Source of the DNA: Candidatus Heimdallarchaeota archaeon
Lineage (GTDB): Archaea > Asgardarchaeota > Heimdallarchaeia > Heimdallarchaeales > Kariarchaeaceae
NCBI GenBank assembly: GCA_030149205.1
Contig: JASBSB010000007.1
Coordinates: 420,001-452,000, forward strand
DNA: 32,000 bases
Direction: 5' to 3'
The translations under genes and the position numbers were made by a program. Below the pieces are notes generated by a model that made no database searches, had not been told where the DNA came from, and saw only the letters and a list, made by a program, of their open reading frames with translations. This document shows positions 8,915-17,147 of this stretch, in pieces (position 1 is the first letter of the stretch; each line of letters starts with the position of its first letter).

Positions 8915-8955
8915 CTGATGTCATCAAAAGTTGTCTATCTGTTTGATGACTTCTG
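8915..8955. repeat. Imperfect 14-bp inverted repeat upstream of the asparaginase gene (possible operator)
   Basis: CTGATGTCATCAAA (8915-8928), 13-nt spacer, TTTGATGACTTCTG (8942-8955). 12/14 complementary with a perfect 9-bp core. Confidence 0.5.
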
Positions 8956-9002
8956 TATTGTGAACTCTAGATAGAATTTCGTTAACACAAGCAAAAATTC
9001 AA

Positions 9003-10091
9003 ATGTCGGCAAACTTACAAGGTCTGATGACTTTACCACATATCATGATTGTAGGAATAGGCGGAACAATTGCCAGTCAAAGAACAGATGAGGGCTTTAA
9101 ACCCAGTCTCTCTGTTAAGCGACTGTTATCTTATATCCCTGAGATCAACAATCACTGCACCTTTGAGACAACACAACTGATGAATGTGGACTCCTCAAAC
9201 TTACAACCAGAAGATTGGGAGGAAATTGCAAATTACCTAATCACTCCTTTAAACTCTGAAAGGTTTGATGGCATTATTGTCTTACATGGGACTGATACCA
9301 TGGCTTATACCGCTTCAGCAGTTGCTATTTTAATTAGAGATGTCAACAAACCTATAATTTTCACTGGATCTCAAATTCCTTTTTCCGTCTTTGGTTCTGA
9401 TGCAAGAAGGAACATCATTGATTCAATCAGGGTGATTCGTGAGACTGATTTTGCAGAATCACTTATTGTCTTTGATTCAAGAGTTTATCGGTCTGTAAGA
9501 ACAACAAAGCTCAGAGAATATGATTTGAGTGCCTTTGAAACGGTAGATCCATTTCCGGTTGCTGAGATAGCTCGACGAATTGAGATAATTGATCAAACCA
9601 TTAAAACCAGAAGCAAGAAGAAAAGTTATTTTGACGGGCCTTTGAACCCTCAGGTTGCATTGATTCGAATATTTCCTGGGCTTGATCCCAAGTTTTTGGA
9701 GAGTCTATCTGAATTTGGGTACAAAGGTGTTGTAATACAGGGTTATGGGGCAGGAAACCTTCCAATGTTGAATCGATCACTAATCTCCTCAGTCGGTTAT
9801 CTGATTAAGCAGAATATTGCTGTGGTCATCACATCTCAATGTGTGTTTGGAAGAACTGAGCTCTTTCTTTATGAGCCAGGGACAGAGCTAATTAAGCTTG
9901 GTGCAATTTCAGGGTTTGATATGATTTCAGAATCTGCAGTTATCAAGCTGATGTGGGCACTTGGAAAAACAGATGAATTGTCAAAAATATCTGCTTTGAT
10001 GCAAGAGAATCTTGTTGGTGAGATATATCCCTTTCAACATAAAAGCCTAAGAGAAGAACAACAAAGATACAGTTCAGAAAACAATCCTTAA
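9003..10091 (+). CDS. ansA: Type I L-asparaginase (AnsA-like)
   Basis: GGTIAS, HGTDTMAYTASA, FTGSQIP, GYGAGN and SQC motifs. No GatD N-terminal domain. Start could be ATG near 9027. Confidence 0.88.
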   Translation: MSANLQGLMTLPHIMIVGIGGTIASQRTDEGFKPSLSVKRLLSYIPEINNHCTFETTQLMNVDSSNLQPEDWEEIANYLITPLNSERFDGIIVLHGTDTMAYTASAVAILIRDVNKPIIFTGSQIPFSVFGSDARRNIIDSIRVIRETDFAESLIVFDSRVYRSVRTTKLREYDLSAFETVDPFPVAEIARRIEIIDQTIKTRSKKKSYFDGPLNPQVALIRIFPGLDPKFLESLSEFGYKGVVIQGYGAGNLPMLNRSLISSVGYLIKQNIAVVITSQCVFGRTELFLYEPGTELIKLGAISGFDMISESAVIKLMWALGKTDELSKISALMQENLVGEIYPFQHKSLREEQQRYSSENNP

Positions 10092-10143
10092 CAAGCTTGA
10101 TTTTTAGAATTTCTTTTATTTCACTTTTAAACTAAGGCTATGC

Positions 10144-10728
10144 CTAGAGGAGGTAATCACTTAATCTCTTGAATGAGTTTCTAGCACGTGGAAGAAATTT
10201 ATTTTGAGTTGAAAATCCATTGAACAGGGCTTCGACTCTTAGCTTCTCTTCATCAGCAAAGAAATGAAGTGATAGAAGATGATATAGGAAGTACAGGTAC
10301 CCGACTGGAATGAACCTCAGATATTTATAAACAAACTCTGGTGAAAAGCTCTCCTTTTCCCTTTTAATTGTAATTAACCCACGTAATCGAGAACAAATGT
10401 ATTCGAGTTTCTGTTTATTCATGTTCCCTCTGTTGTAGATGGTATCTAAAATCCTCTCGTTTTCCTCAGATTCTTCAGTTAAGATGTGTTGAAGGAATTT
10501 TAGCAGAGTCTCAAGATCATAGATCACAATTTCTTTGTTCACAATCGTATATAACCCAGTTAATCTGTTGTAGGGGAGGGTCTGTCTAAGATTCTGTTTC
10601 TTTAGAACCTCACAATTTTGGCATAGTTTTGTTTCGTTGAGCTTGAGCATCTGAAAGCAGTAATTGCACCTTTTCCTCTGAAACTTTTCAGGTGTGGGCT
10701 TGAACTCTAACAGGTCTTCAAACATCAA
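10144..10728 (-). CDS. Hypothetical protein with N-terminal CxxC...CxxC zinc finger
   Basis: CNYC and CQNC near the N-terminus. Fills the gap between convergent neighbours. Confidence 0.6.
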   Translation of the reverse strand: MMFEDLLEFKPTPEKFQRKRCNYCFQMLKLNETKLCQNCEVLKKQNLRQTLPYNRLTGLYTIVNKEIVIYDLETLLKFLQHILTEESEENERILDTIYNRGNMNKQKLEYICSRLRGLITIKREKESFSPEFVYKYLRFIPVGYLYFLYHLLSLHFFADEEKLRVEALFNGFSTQNKFLPRARNSFKRLSDYLL

Positions 10729-10897
10729 CCTTCTAGCTGATTGTTATTATTTAAATTTAGAGGTTAGTGATTTGCATACTTTTAGGGTATTCTAATCTAA
10801 GCGACGACTATTCAATCATCAAATTAACTGGAAGGATTTGAGCAGATTTATCGATTAGAACAAATGAGTTTTAAAAGCAAAGTAAATACTAACGTCT

Positions 10898-11251
10898 ATG
10901 GATGAAACATTATTACAGGGGCTCATGGAGGTTTTTCCAAATGAGGGATCAGTTGTTCCTGAGATAGAGTTACAATTTAGGTTTGGATCACAGGAAGGAT
11001 TTAGCGAAGGTATTCAAGAGCTGCTTGATTCTAATTTTATGATCAAGTATGAATTTAACAAAGCTTGGTATTTTAAGTGTAAACGCTCATTAGCTGAGTT
11101 CAATGGTGGGGCATCTTCTTCTAAATCTGGTGGTTCAGATAATCAACTCTTGCAGGAGTTGGCAGAGGTAGTTAAGGTTTTAGCATCAAAATCTGATGAC
11201 GGAGAATTAGTGGGGAGGATAGATAAAATCCTTCAGAAACTTGGGAACTAG
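10898..11251 (+). CDS. Hypothetical protein, possible winged-helix domain plus Gly/Ser linker and helical tail
   Basis: ATG start, plausible composition, GGASSSKSGGS linker. Fold is a pattern guess. Confidence 0.65.
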   Translation: MDETLLQGLMEVFPNEGSVVPEIELQFRFGSQEGFSEGIQELLDSNFMIKYEFNKAWYFKCKRSLAEFNGGASSSKSGGSDNQLLQELAEVVKVLASKSDDGELVGRIDKILQKLGN

Positions 11252-11894
11252 CTTGAATTATTTATCAATTGGTTTAATTACGATCGCTCTAGTACTTATA
11301 ATCTACCATTCCTATCATCCAGACAAACGCTTGTTTTTGTTTTCCAGTCTGACCCTGGTTGTTGCAGGATTATCTCAATTATTTATCTCGTTCACGCTGT
11401 TGAAACTCTGGTTTGTTTTGGGGATCAGTTTTTCATTCTTAGGTGATCTGATGATGGCTAGGTGGCTAAAAGTCACAAGGAAGAAAATCATTGATGGTAT
11501 CTTATTTTTTAGTGTTGCCCATCTCTCATATTTCTTTGGTGTAAACTCTGTTTTTCCTGTTGTATTTTCCCCACTATACTTGGTTTCTTTGGTTTTGTTG
11601 ACCTTTTTGTTCTTTTTACTAATTACATATGACCCCAATAAGAGATTGCTCTCAATTGCATCTGTTATCTATATTCTCCTTATTACCAATCTGTTCCTAA
11701 GTGTGGCGATACAGCTTTCTTCTTTCACTCTTCCTCTAATATTGTTATTTATTGGAGTAACGTTTTTCATGATTTCTGATGGACAAATTGGATGGAGAGA
11801 GTTTAGGGGGGATTTTAAAAATTCTGAAATTTATATCTCTTTTTTCTATATCGTTGGGCAGTCATTTATTCTCTTATTTCCAATTTTTCACTAG
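11241..11894 (+). CDS. YhhN/TMEM86 family (lysoplasmalogenase-like) membrane protein
   Basis: About 7-8 TM helices with SFLGDLMM, FFSVAHLSY, LFIGVTFFMISD and FFYIVGQ motifs. TTG start uncertain. Confidence 0.85.
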   Translation: MGTSLNYLSIGLITIALVLIIYHSYHPDKRLFLFSSLTLVVAGLSQLFISFTLLKLWFVLGISFSFLGDLMMARWLKVTRKKIIDGILFFSVAHLSYFFGVNSVFPVVFSPLYLVSLVLLTFLFFLLITYDPNKRLLSIASVIYILLITNLFLSVAIQLSSFTLPLILLFIGVTFFMISDGQIGWREFRGDFKNSEIYISFFYIVGQSFILLFPIFH

Positions 11895-11961
11895 GTTTCT
11901 CACAAAATCAAGCTTTATTTTCCTAGAAATATTAATAATAAGAAAAACAACTTAACTTATT

Positions 11962-12825
11962 GTGATTCGTTTTTTTCTCTTAACTTTAGATGATTGGGTA
12001 ATGGCAGTTTTTATTTTAATTTTAACCCTATTATTCATCCTGTTGTTAACCTTCAGGTTTAGCAAAAAAGAATCCTGTGAGAAGGTTGAGAAGAAGAAAA
12101 AGGACTTGATAATATGGAGATTTGCACTTTATAGTGGTATTTACAGTGGGTTGTTTCTGACTTACTTTACCGTTGTTTACGCCACTCCGTTTCGGTTTTT
12201 CTTTCATATTATACTTTTGATTGCGATATTCACCACGTTAAATATTTCTCTTCCCTCTTGGATTTGCAAGAAAAGAAAACTTATCAAGAATTGTGTATGT
12301 GATGAATATCGTTATGCCGATTTTCCCCCAGCTATTGGGTTGGGTCTACTAGGGCCAATCACATTTTTGATATTGCCTGACGGGGACAATTTACTTGCAA
12401 ATCTCGTACTATTTACATTTTTTGCGACAATTGCTGCATTATACCTAATGAAACCTTACAAAAATATCAAGGCCTTAGACTATCCTGATGAACTTAAAAT
12501 CTACACTATCACACAGTTGCAAGAGTTTTTGGTATCCGATTCTGCGAACAAGAAGTTAATTTCGATAGTTCAATCCAGTTGTGATTTTTGTAAGCTTCAG
12601 TTAGAAGAAATGTCTGCGATTCTGGAACAGCATCCTGAGCTTGTTCGGATCATTGATCTGACTTTCCCTGAAAAAATTGAAGCGTTCGTGTTTGGATTTT
12701 TAAATCTAGAAGAACCTGATAATATTAAGACACCAACCAACCTGATTGTAAATCAAGGAATGAATTTTGACAGAAGAGATGGCATCATTACTCATGATGA
12801 AATAAATTATTATCTGTTTATGTAG
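11962..12825 (+). CDS. Multi-pass membrane protein with C-terminal thioredoxin-like CxxC domain
   Basis: About 5 TM helices, then KKLISIVQSSCDFCKLQLEEM...VRIIDL. Confidence 0.65.
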   Translation: MIRFFLLTLDDWVMAVFILILTLLFILLLTFRFSKKESCEKVEKKKKDLIIWRFALYSGIYSGLFLTYFTVVYATPFRFFFHIILLIAIFTTLNISLPSWICKKRKLIKNCVCDEYRYADFPPAIGLGLLGPITFLILPDGDNLLANLVLFTFFATIAALYLMKPYKNIKALDYPDELKIYTITQLQEFLVSDSANKKLISIVQSSCDFCKLQLEEMSAILEQHPELVRIIDLTFPEKIEAFVFGFLNLEEPDNIKTPTNLIVNQGMNFDRRDGIITHDEINYYLFM

Positions 12826-12868
12826 GTTAGAAAACTAAGGTTTGTAAGGCATTTTTTGAGACTCATTT

Positions 12869-13696
12869 GTGGATATTATTTTTCAAGTATCTATGGGTGT
12901 GCTCCTTAATCTCATTATTGGGGGTTTTGCCATGCAACGGCGTTCTTTGACATACCCCAGTGGATTCTTTGCAGCTGCTGTCGTTGGATTTACCATATAT
13001 CTTGCTTCACCGTTGGGCTGGCTGTCGTTGATGATATTTTTTGTATCATCAACAATTTTGACCAAATTTAAGAGTTCAGATCCACATAAGACCGAGGTTT
13101 ACACTTTTGCTGCAAAAGGTGGTGAAAGGGATGGATTTCAAGTTTTTGCAAATGGGGGCTCATCTTTCATTTTTGCAATATTTTTAATCATTTCCAAGGG
13201 TTTGTTTTCTTATAGCTTTACCTCGGCATTATTGCTTGCACTCATAACATCTATTGCGGCGAGTACTGCCGATACTTGGTCTACAGAGATAGGGTCACTT
13301 TCGAAAAGTGAACCTGTTTCTATTCTAAATCCAAGAAAGAAGGTCTTGCGTGGTGAATCTGGGGGAGTGACAATCTTAGGATTTTTTGGTGCTTTTCTTG
13401 GAAGTTCAATTATTGCTTTATCCTATCTTTTGATCACATTTAACTGGACTCAGGCGTTTTACATTGTCAGTTTTGGGTTTCTTGGCAGTATTATTGATTC
13501 TATACTTGGTATCATAGCTCAGGTTCAGTATTACTGTCCAACTTGTGAAAAATACACTGAACAGTCTCCTCATAGCCGTTGTGGGACAATATTGAAAGCG
13601 AGCAAGGGTATACCATTTGTTAACAATGACGTGGTAAATTTCCTGGCTAGTTTTCTTTCAGGTTTGATGGTCTACATCCTCATATTATTACTTTGA
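12869..13696 (+). CDS. DUF92/TMEM19 family membrane protein
   Basis: KGGERDGFQVFANGG, ASTADTWSTEIG, GESGGVTILG, DSILG, NNDVVNF. Confidence 0.92.
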   Translation: MDIIFQVSMGVLLNLIIGGFAMQRRSLTYPSGFFAAAVVGFTIYLASPLGWLSLMIFFVSSTILTKFKSSDPHKTEVYTFAAKGGERDGFQVFANGGSSFIFAIFLIISKGLFSYSFTSALLLALITSIAASTADTWSTEIGSLSKSEPVSILNPRKKVLRGESGGVTILGFFGAFLGSSIIALSYLLITFNWTQAFYIVSFGFLGSIIDSILGIIAQVQYYCPTCEKYTEQSPHSRCGTILKASKGIPFVNNDVVNFLASFLSGLMVYILILLL

Positions 13697-13776
13697 TAAG
13701 TTCCAGGTTAGATGATATATGTGATAAAATTTGTTGTTTAAACAAGAGATTTAAACTCTAATACAAACATTTTCTT

Positions 13777-14622
13777 GTGCTTGACTGGAAACAGCTAACT
13801 GAGAAAGTTATTGCTGAACATGAGATACGCCATTCACAGTTGCGGGGGAGAAAAGGTGCACATTTTCTTTACAAGCCATCAATTGTTAAACGAATGGTTG
13901 ACCTGTCTCCGGTCACTCAGGAAGACTCAGTTTTGGAGATTGGTGGGGGGATAGGGATTCTGAGTCATGAGTTACAATCTCGGGTTGCACAATTAGAGGT
14001 TATCGAGCAGGATCCTAGATTTGTAAGTCATCTTCGGGGATTACTCAATGATAGTGTGAAGGTCTCTGAAGGGGACGCATTAAGACCTCATTGGCCAGTA
14101 GTGGATCATCTTATTTCCAACCTTCCTTATTCTGCTGGAAGTATCATATATGCAAAAGCATTACACAGTGACATGAAATCTTTGACAGTGATGCTTCAAA
14201 AAGAAGTTGTTACTAGGATTTTAGCCTCACCAGGTGATAGAGCATACTCAAGAATCTCAATTTTGACCAGGCTACATGGGGAACCTAGGTGGTTATTTGA
14301 TGTCCCTCCAGACTCTTTTATACCTCAACCTAAGGTTAATTCCTCTGTGGTTACTGTCGTTCTTCACCCTCCACATCCGAATCATGAGGAATTAGAACTT
14401 CTGGCAAAGAATCTGTTTTTTCAAAAAAACAAGACTCTTCGTAGAGTGATCAAGGGTTACCTAAAAAGACAATCAGATTTTCCGGTTTGGGATAAAATCC
14501 CTCATAAAGAACTGAGAATACGCCAGATGTCAATCGATCATCTTGAAGAAATTTATCAATTTCTGAAATCAGAAGGTTTCTTCCCCCTGACTCAAGCTAG
14601 TGGTGCTGTTAATGAAACTTGA
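13777..14622 (+). CDS. rsmA: 16S rRNA m6,2A dimethyltransferase RsmA/KsgA/Dim1
   Basis: GAHFL, VLEIGGGIGILS, ISNLPYS, VMLQKEV, FIPQPKVNSSVV. Confidence 0.93.
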   Translation: MLDWKQLTEKVIAEHEIRHSQLRGRKGAHFLYKPSIVKRMVDLSPVTQEDSVLEIGGGIGILSHELQSRVAQLEVIEQDPRFVSHLRGLLNDSVKVSEGDALRPHWPVVDHLISNLPYSAGSIIYAKALHSDMKSLTVMLQKEVVTRILASPGDRAYSRISILTRLHGEPRWLFDVPPDSFIPQPKVNSSVVTVVLHPPHPNHEELELLAKNLFFQKNKTLRRVIKGYLKRQSDFPVWDKIPHKELRIRQMSIDHLEEIYQFLKSEGFFPLTQASGAVNET

Positions 14623-15211
14623 TGGGATACAATTGGATCTTAATGATCTAGTTTATGAGCCTAGGGAAGACACCTTTATGTTTATTGATACACTTAAAGA
14701 TGAACCTATTGGGTCAATTTTGGAAATTGGTTCTGGGAGTGGTGCTATTATTTTATCTTTAGCCGCTCATTCTCCAGGGCAATTTTATGTTGCAACAGAT
14801 CTCAATTACCTGGCAGCTCTACAAACACAACAAAATTCAATAAAAAATGGATTATCAATTAATTGTGTAGCCACAAGCTATGCATTTCCGTTTAGATACA
14901 AGGGTCTTCCTGAGACAATTGTGTTTAACCCCCCCTACCTTCCTTCAGATCCACCCACAGATAAATTTCTCACACCAGAAGATAGATTAGCGTTAATAGG
15001 TGGAGACAAAGGGTATGAGAGTTTGATCAAAGCAATCGACCTGTTGTCATTCAAAACTCTCTATTCAATGGTGTCTTCTCTCGCTGTTGGGATATCCAAA
15101 TTTAAACAGATGTTGAAAGAACGGGGGATTAATGTTATAATTTTAGATGAGAAAAAATTTAGCTTTGAGACATTATGGCTTGTCAAACTTGTCAAGATAA
15201 ACGTTATTTGA
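14612..15211 (+). CDS. HemK2/N6AMT1-like (release factor Gln) methyltransferase
   Basis: VYEPREDT, LEIGSGSG, FNPPY, GGDKGYE. ATG at 14612 overlaps the rsmA end; the track's alternative start is 14600. Confidence 0.88.
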   Translation: MKLDGIQLDLNDLVYEPREDTFMFIDTLKDEPIGSILEIGSGSGAIILSLAAHSPGQFYVATDLNYLAALQTQQNSIKNGLSINCVATSYAFPFRYKGLPETIVFNPPYLPSDPPTDKFLTPEDRLALIGGDKGYESLIKAIDLLSFKTLYSMVSSLAVGISKFKQMLKERGINVIILDEKKFSFETLWLVKLVKINVI

Positions 15212-16475
15212 TATCTCTGTTAACAAGTTCTCCTGCGTTAATTCTACTGTTTGCTGCAATTTTTACCCCAGGGAGAATATTAACTCCTATCCCGGTTTTT
15301 GTGTTGTCCCCGATTACAGTACCAAGTTTTCTTCTTCCCGTATCTTGCTTTTCGCCCTTTACTCTCATGACAACAGACTGATTGTCATGCCTAAGGTTTG
15401 CTGTTATTGTACCTGCTCCAAAGTTACATCTCTCCCCAAGTATCGAATCACCTACATAACTAAGATGTGCAGCATGAGTCCCACTGTAAATAATTGAATT
15501 TTTGATTTCACAGGCGTTTCCCACCTTAGAGTTCTTTCCGAAATAAGATTTTCCTCTGATATAGCAGTTTGGGCCTATATCTGCTCCCTCATCAAAATAA
15601 GCTGGGCCTTCGATATACACTCCAGATCTTATTCTTGCAGTTTTTGCCACATGAATTTTTCCCTTGACTTGGACATTTGGTTCAATTGTTCCCAACAGTT
15701 GGTAGTTTTCTTGCTCAGTTTCCATGAGGTATTCATTTGCATTTAAAAGAGACCATGGTGTTCCAGCATCAAACCACTCTCCCTCACAAAGTCGGACATT
15801 TATTTTTCCACCCTGATCAACAAAGGCAGAAATCGCACTTGTAAGCTCTATCTCTCCTCTTTCAGAGACAGGGATATCTCTTACAAACTTTGCAAATCTG
15901 GATTCGAACTGGTAGCATCCAGCATTCACAGCCACACTCGTAGTTTCTGATCCTATCTCTTCTGCGTGATTACTTGGTTTTTCAATGAGTGAGGTCATAA
16001 GTCCATCTTTAGAGGTAACCACCCCAAAATTTTTTAGATTCTTCGGTTTTGCACCCACAAGCAGATTTTTTATCTTCTCGTCTTTCATCTGTGTAGAAAT
16101 AGCTGATCTTACGAACCCCTTTTTGAAAATAACATCCCCGTAAACAACAACAAAATCTTCATCATTTGGATCTAAAGCACATTGGACAGCATGCCCAGTT
16201 CCTTTAGGTTCATCTTGAAACACAAATGTAATTTTTTGAAATTCTTCTGTGGAAAGGTGTTCCTCAAGATGATTTTTCACAAGGTCTGCGAAGCTGTGAA
16301 TAACTACCTTGATTTTCCTGATTTGATCAACAGCCAGGAGCTCATTGACTATCCTTAGTAGGATTGAGGTGCCAGCGAGTTCAAGTATGGGTTTCGGTCT
16401 TAAGGACGTGAGGGGCTCTAATCTAGTGCCTTTTCCTGCTGCTAATACTATAGCATACACAGTTTGTTTGTGCAA
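15204..16475 (-). CDS. glmU: Archaeal bifunctional sugar-1-phosphate nucleotidylyltransferase/acetyltransferase (GlmU-like)
   Basis: LAAGKGTRLEPLT..RPKP, GTGHA, RGEIELT, hexapeptide repeats, HLSYVGDS, NFGAGTITANLR, GRRKLG. Confidence 0.92.
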   Translation of the reverse strand: MHKQTVYAIVLAAGKGTRLEPLTSLRPKPILELAGTSILLRIVNELLAVDQIRKIKVVIHSFADLVKNHLEEHLSTEEFQKITFVFQDEPKGTGHAVQCALDPNDEDFVVVYGDVIFKKGFVRSAISTQMKDEKIKNLLVGAKPKNLKNFGVVTSKDGLMTSLIEKPSNHAEEIGSETTSVAVNAGCYQFESRFAKFVRDIPVSERGEIELTSAISAFVDQGGKINVRLCEGEWFDAGTPWSLLNANEYLMETEQENYQLLGTIEPNVQVKGKIHVAKTARIRSGVYIEGPAYFDEGADIGPNCYIRGKSYFGKNSKVGNACEIKNSIIYSGTHAAHLSYVGDSILGERCNFGAGTITANLRHDNQSVVMRVKGEKQDTGRRKLGTVIGDNTKTGIGVNILPGVKIAANSRINAGELVNRDIK

Positions 16476-16588
16476 TACTTTACTTAATAGTCTTGTTTTC
16501 TTCCTTCAAATTTCAACTAAGATTCTCCAGTGAATTTCTTGATATCTAAAACAATGGTTTTTAACTGAGGGATTTAGCTCAGTTTAGA

Positions 16589-16621
16589 AGCCATTGGTGG
16601 ATGCTGGTGGCTGTCAGGTGA
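16589..16621 (+). promoter_or_regulatory. rps15 5' leader: hairpin followed by Shine-Dalgarno AGGTGA
   Basis: AGCCATTGGT-GGAT-GCTGGTGGCT folds into a 10-bp stem with 4 G-U pairs. CAGGTGA lies at 16615-16621 and ATG at 16629. Confidence 0.45.
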
Positions 16622-16628
16622 AATTCTT

Positions 16629-17084
16629 ATGGCAAGAATGCATACTCGAAGAAAAGGAAAAGCAAAAAGTAGAAAACCTTATGTGACTGAAGTACCAGAA
16701 TGGGTACCATTATCTGCAACTGAAGTAGAGGAAATGGTTGTCCAGCTCTACCGTAGAGGTACAACTATGGCTCATATCGGAATCGTGTTAAGAGATCAAT
16801 ATGGTGTCCCCAGTATTAAACTTGTAACTGGTAAAAAAGTGGGAGATATCTTGGAACAAAATAAACTTCAACCAAGTTTCCCAGAGGATCTAATAAATCT
16901 TATACGAAGAGCAATGAACCTTCGAAACCACATTGTTGATAATAAGAAAGACAAAAGCTCTCGAAGAGGGTTAAATCTGATTGAATCTAAAATAAGAAGA
17001 TATTCTAAGCAGCTCAGAGAATCTGGACGCATACCAAAAGATTGGAAGTACGATCCCAGTAAAGCATCTGTATTATTACGTTAA
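16629..17084 (+). CDS. rps15: 30S ribosomal protein uS15 (archaeal S15/eukaryotic S13)
   Basis: MARMHTRRKGKAKS, IGIVLRDQYGVP, PEDLINLIRRA, LIESKIRR, WKY. Confidence 0.98.
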   Translation: MARMHTRRKGKAKSRKPYVTEVPEWVPLSATEVEEMVVQLYRRGTTMAHIGIVLRDQYGVPSIKLVTGKKVGDILEQNKLQPSFPEDLINLIRRAMNLRNHIVDNKKDKSSRRGLNLIESKIRRYSKQLRESGRIPKDWKYDPSKASVLLR

Positions 17085-17147
17085 GTTTCTTCAGATTTAG
17101 TGTCCTCTTAGGGTAAAGATAATAAAATTAGATACATTTGTGATTCA

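Noticed and set aside
9003-10091. Glu-tRNA(Gln) amidotransferase GatD
   Set aside because: Lacks the N-terminal extension of GatD and has no adjacent gatE. Length and motifs fit type I asparaginase.
13520-13600. CPTC...H..C insert in DUF92 as a novelty
   Set aside because: A similar Cys/His insert is, to my knowledge, common among prokaryotic DUF92 proteins.
16569-16628. tRNA-like start GGGATTTAGCTCAG upstream of rps15
   Set aside because: An A-box-like TAGCTCAG is present, but there is no TTCRA T-loop, anticodon stem or acceptor-stem pairing. The region is better explained as promoter and leader.
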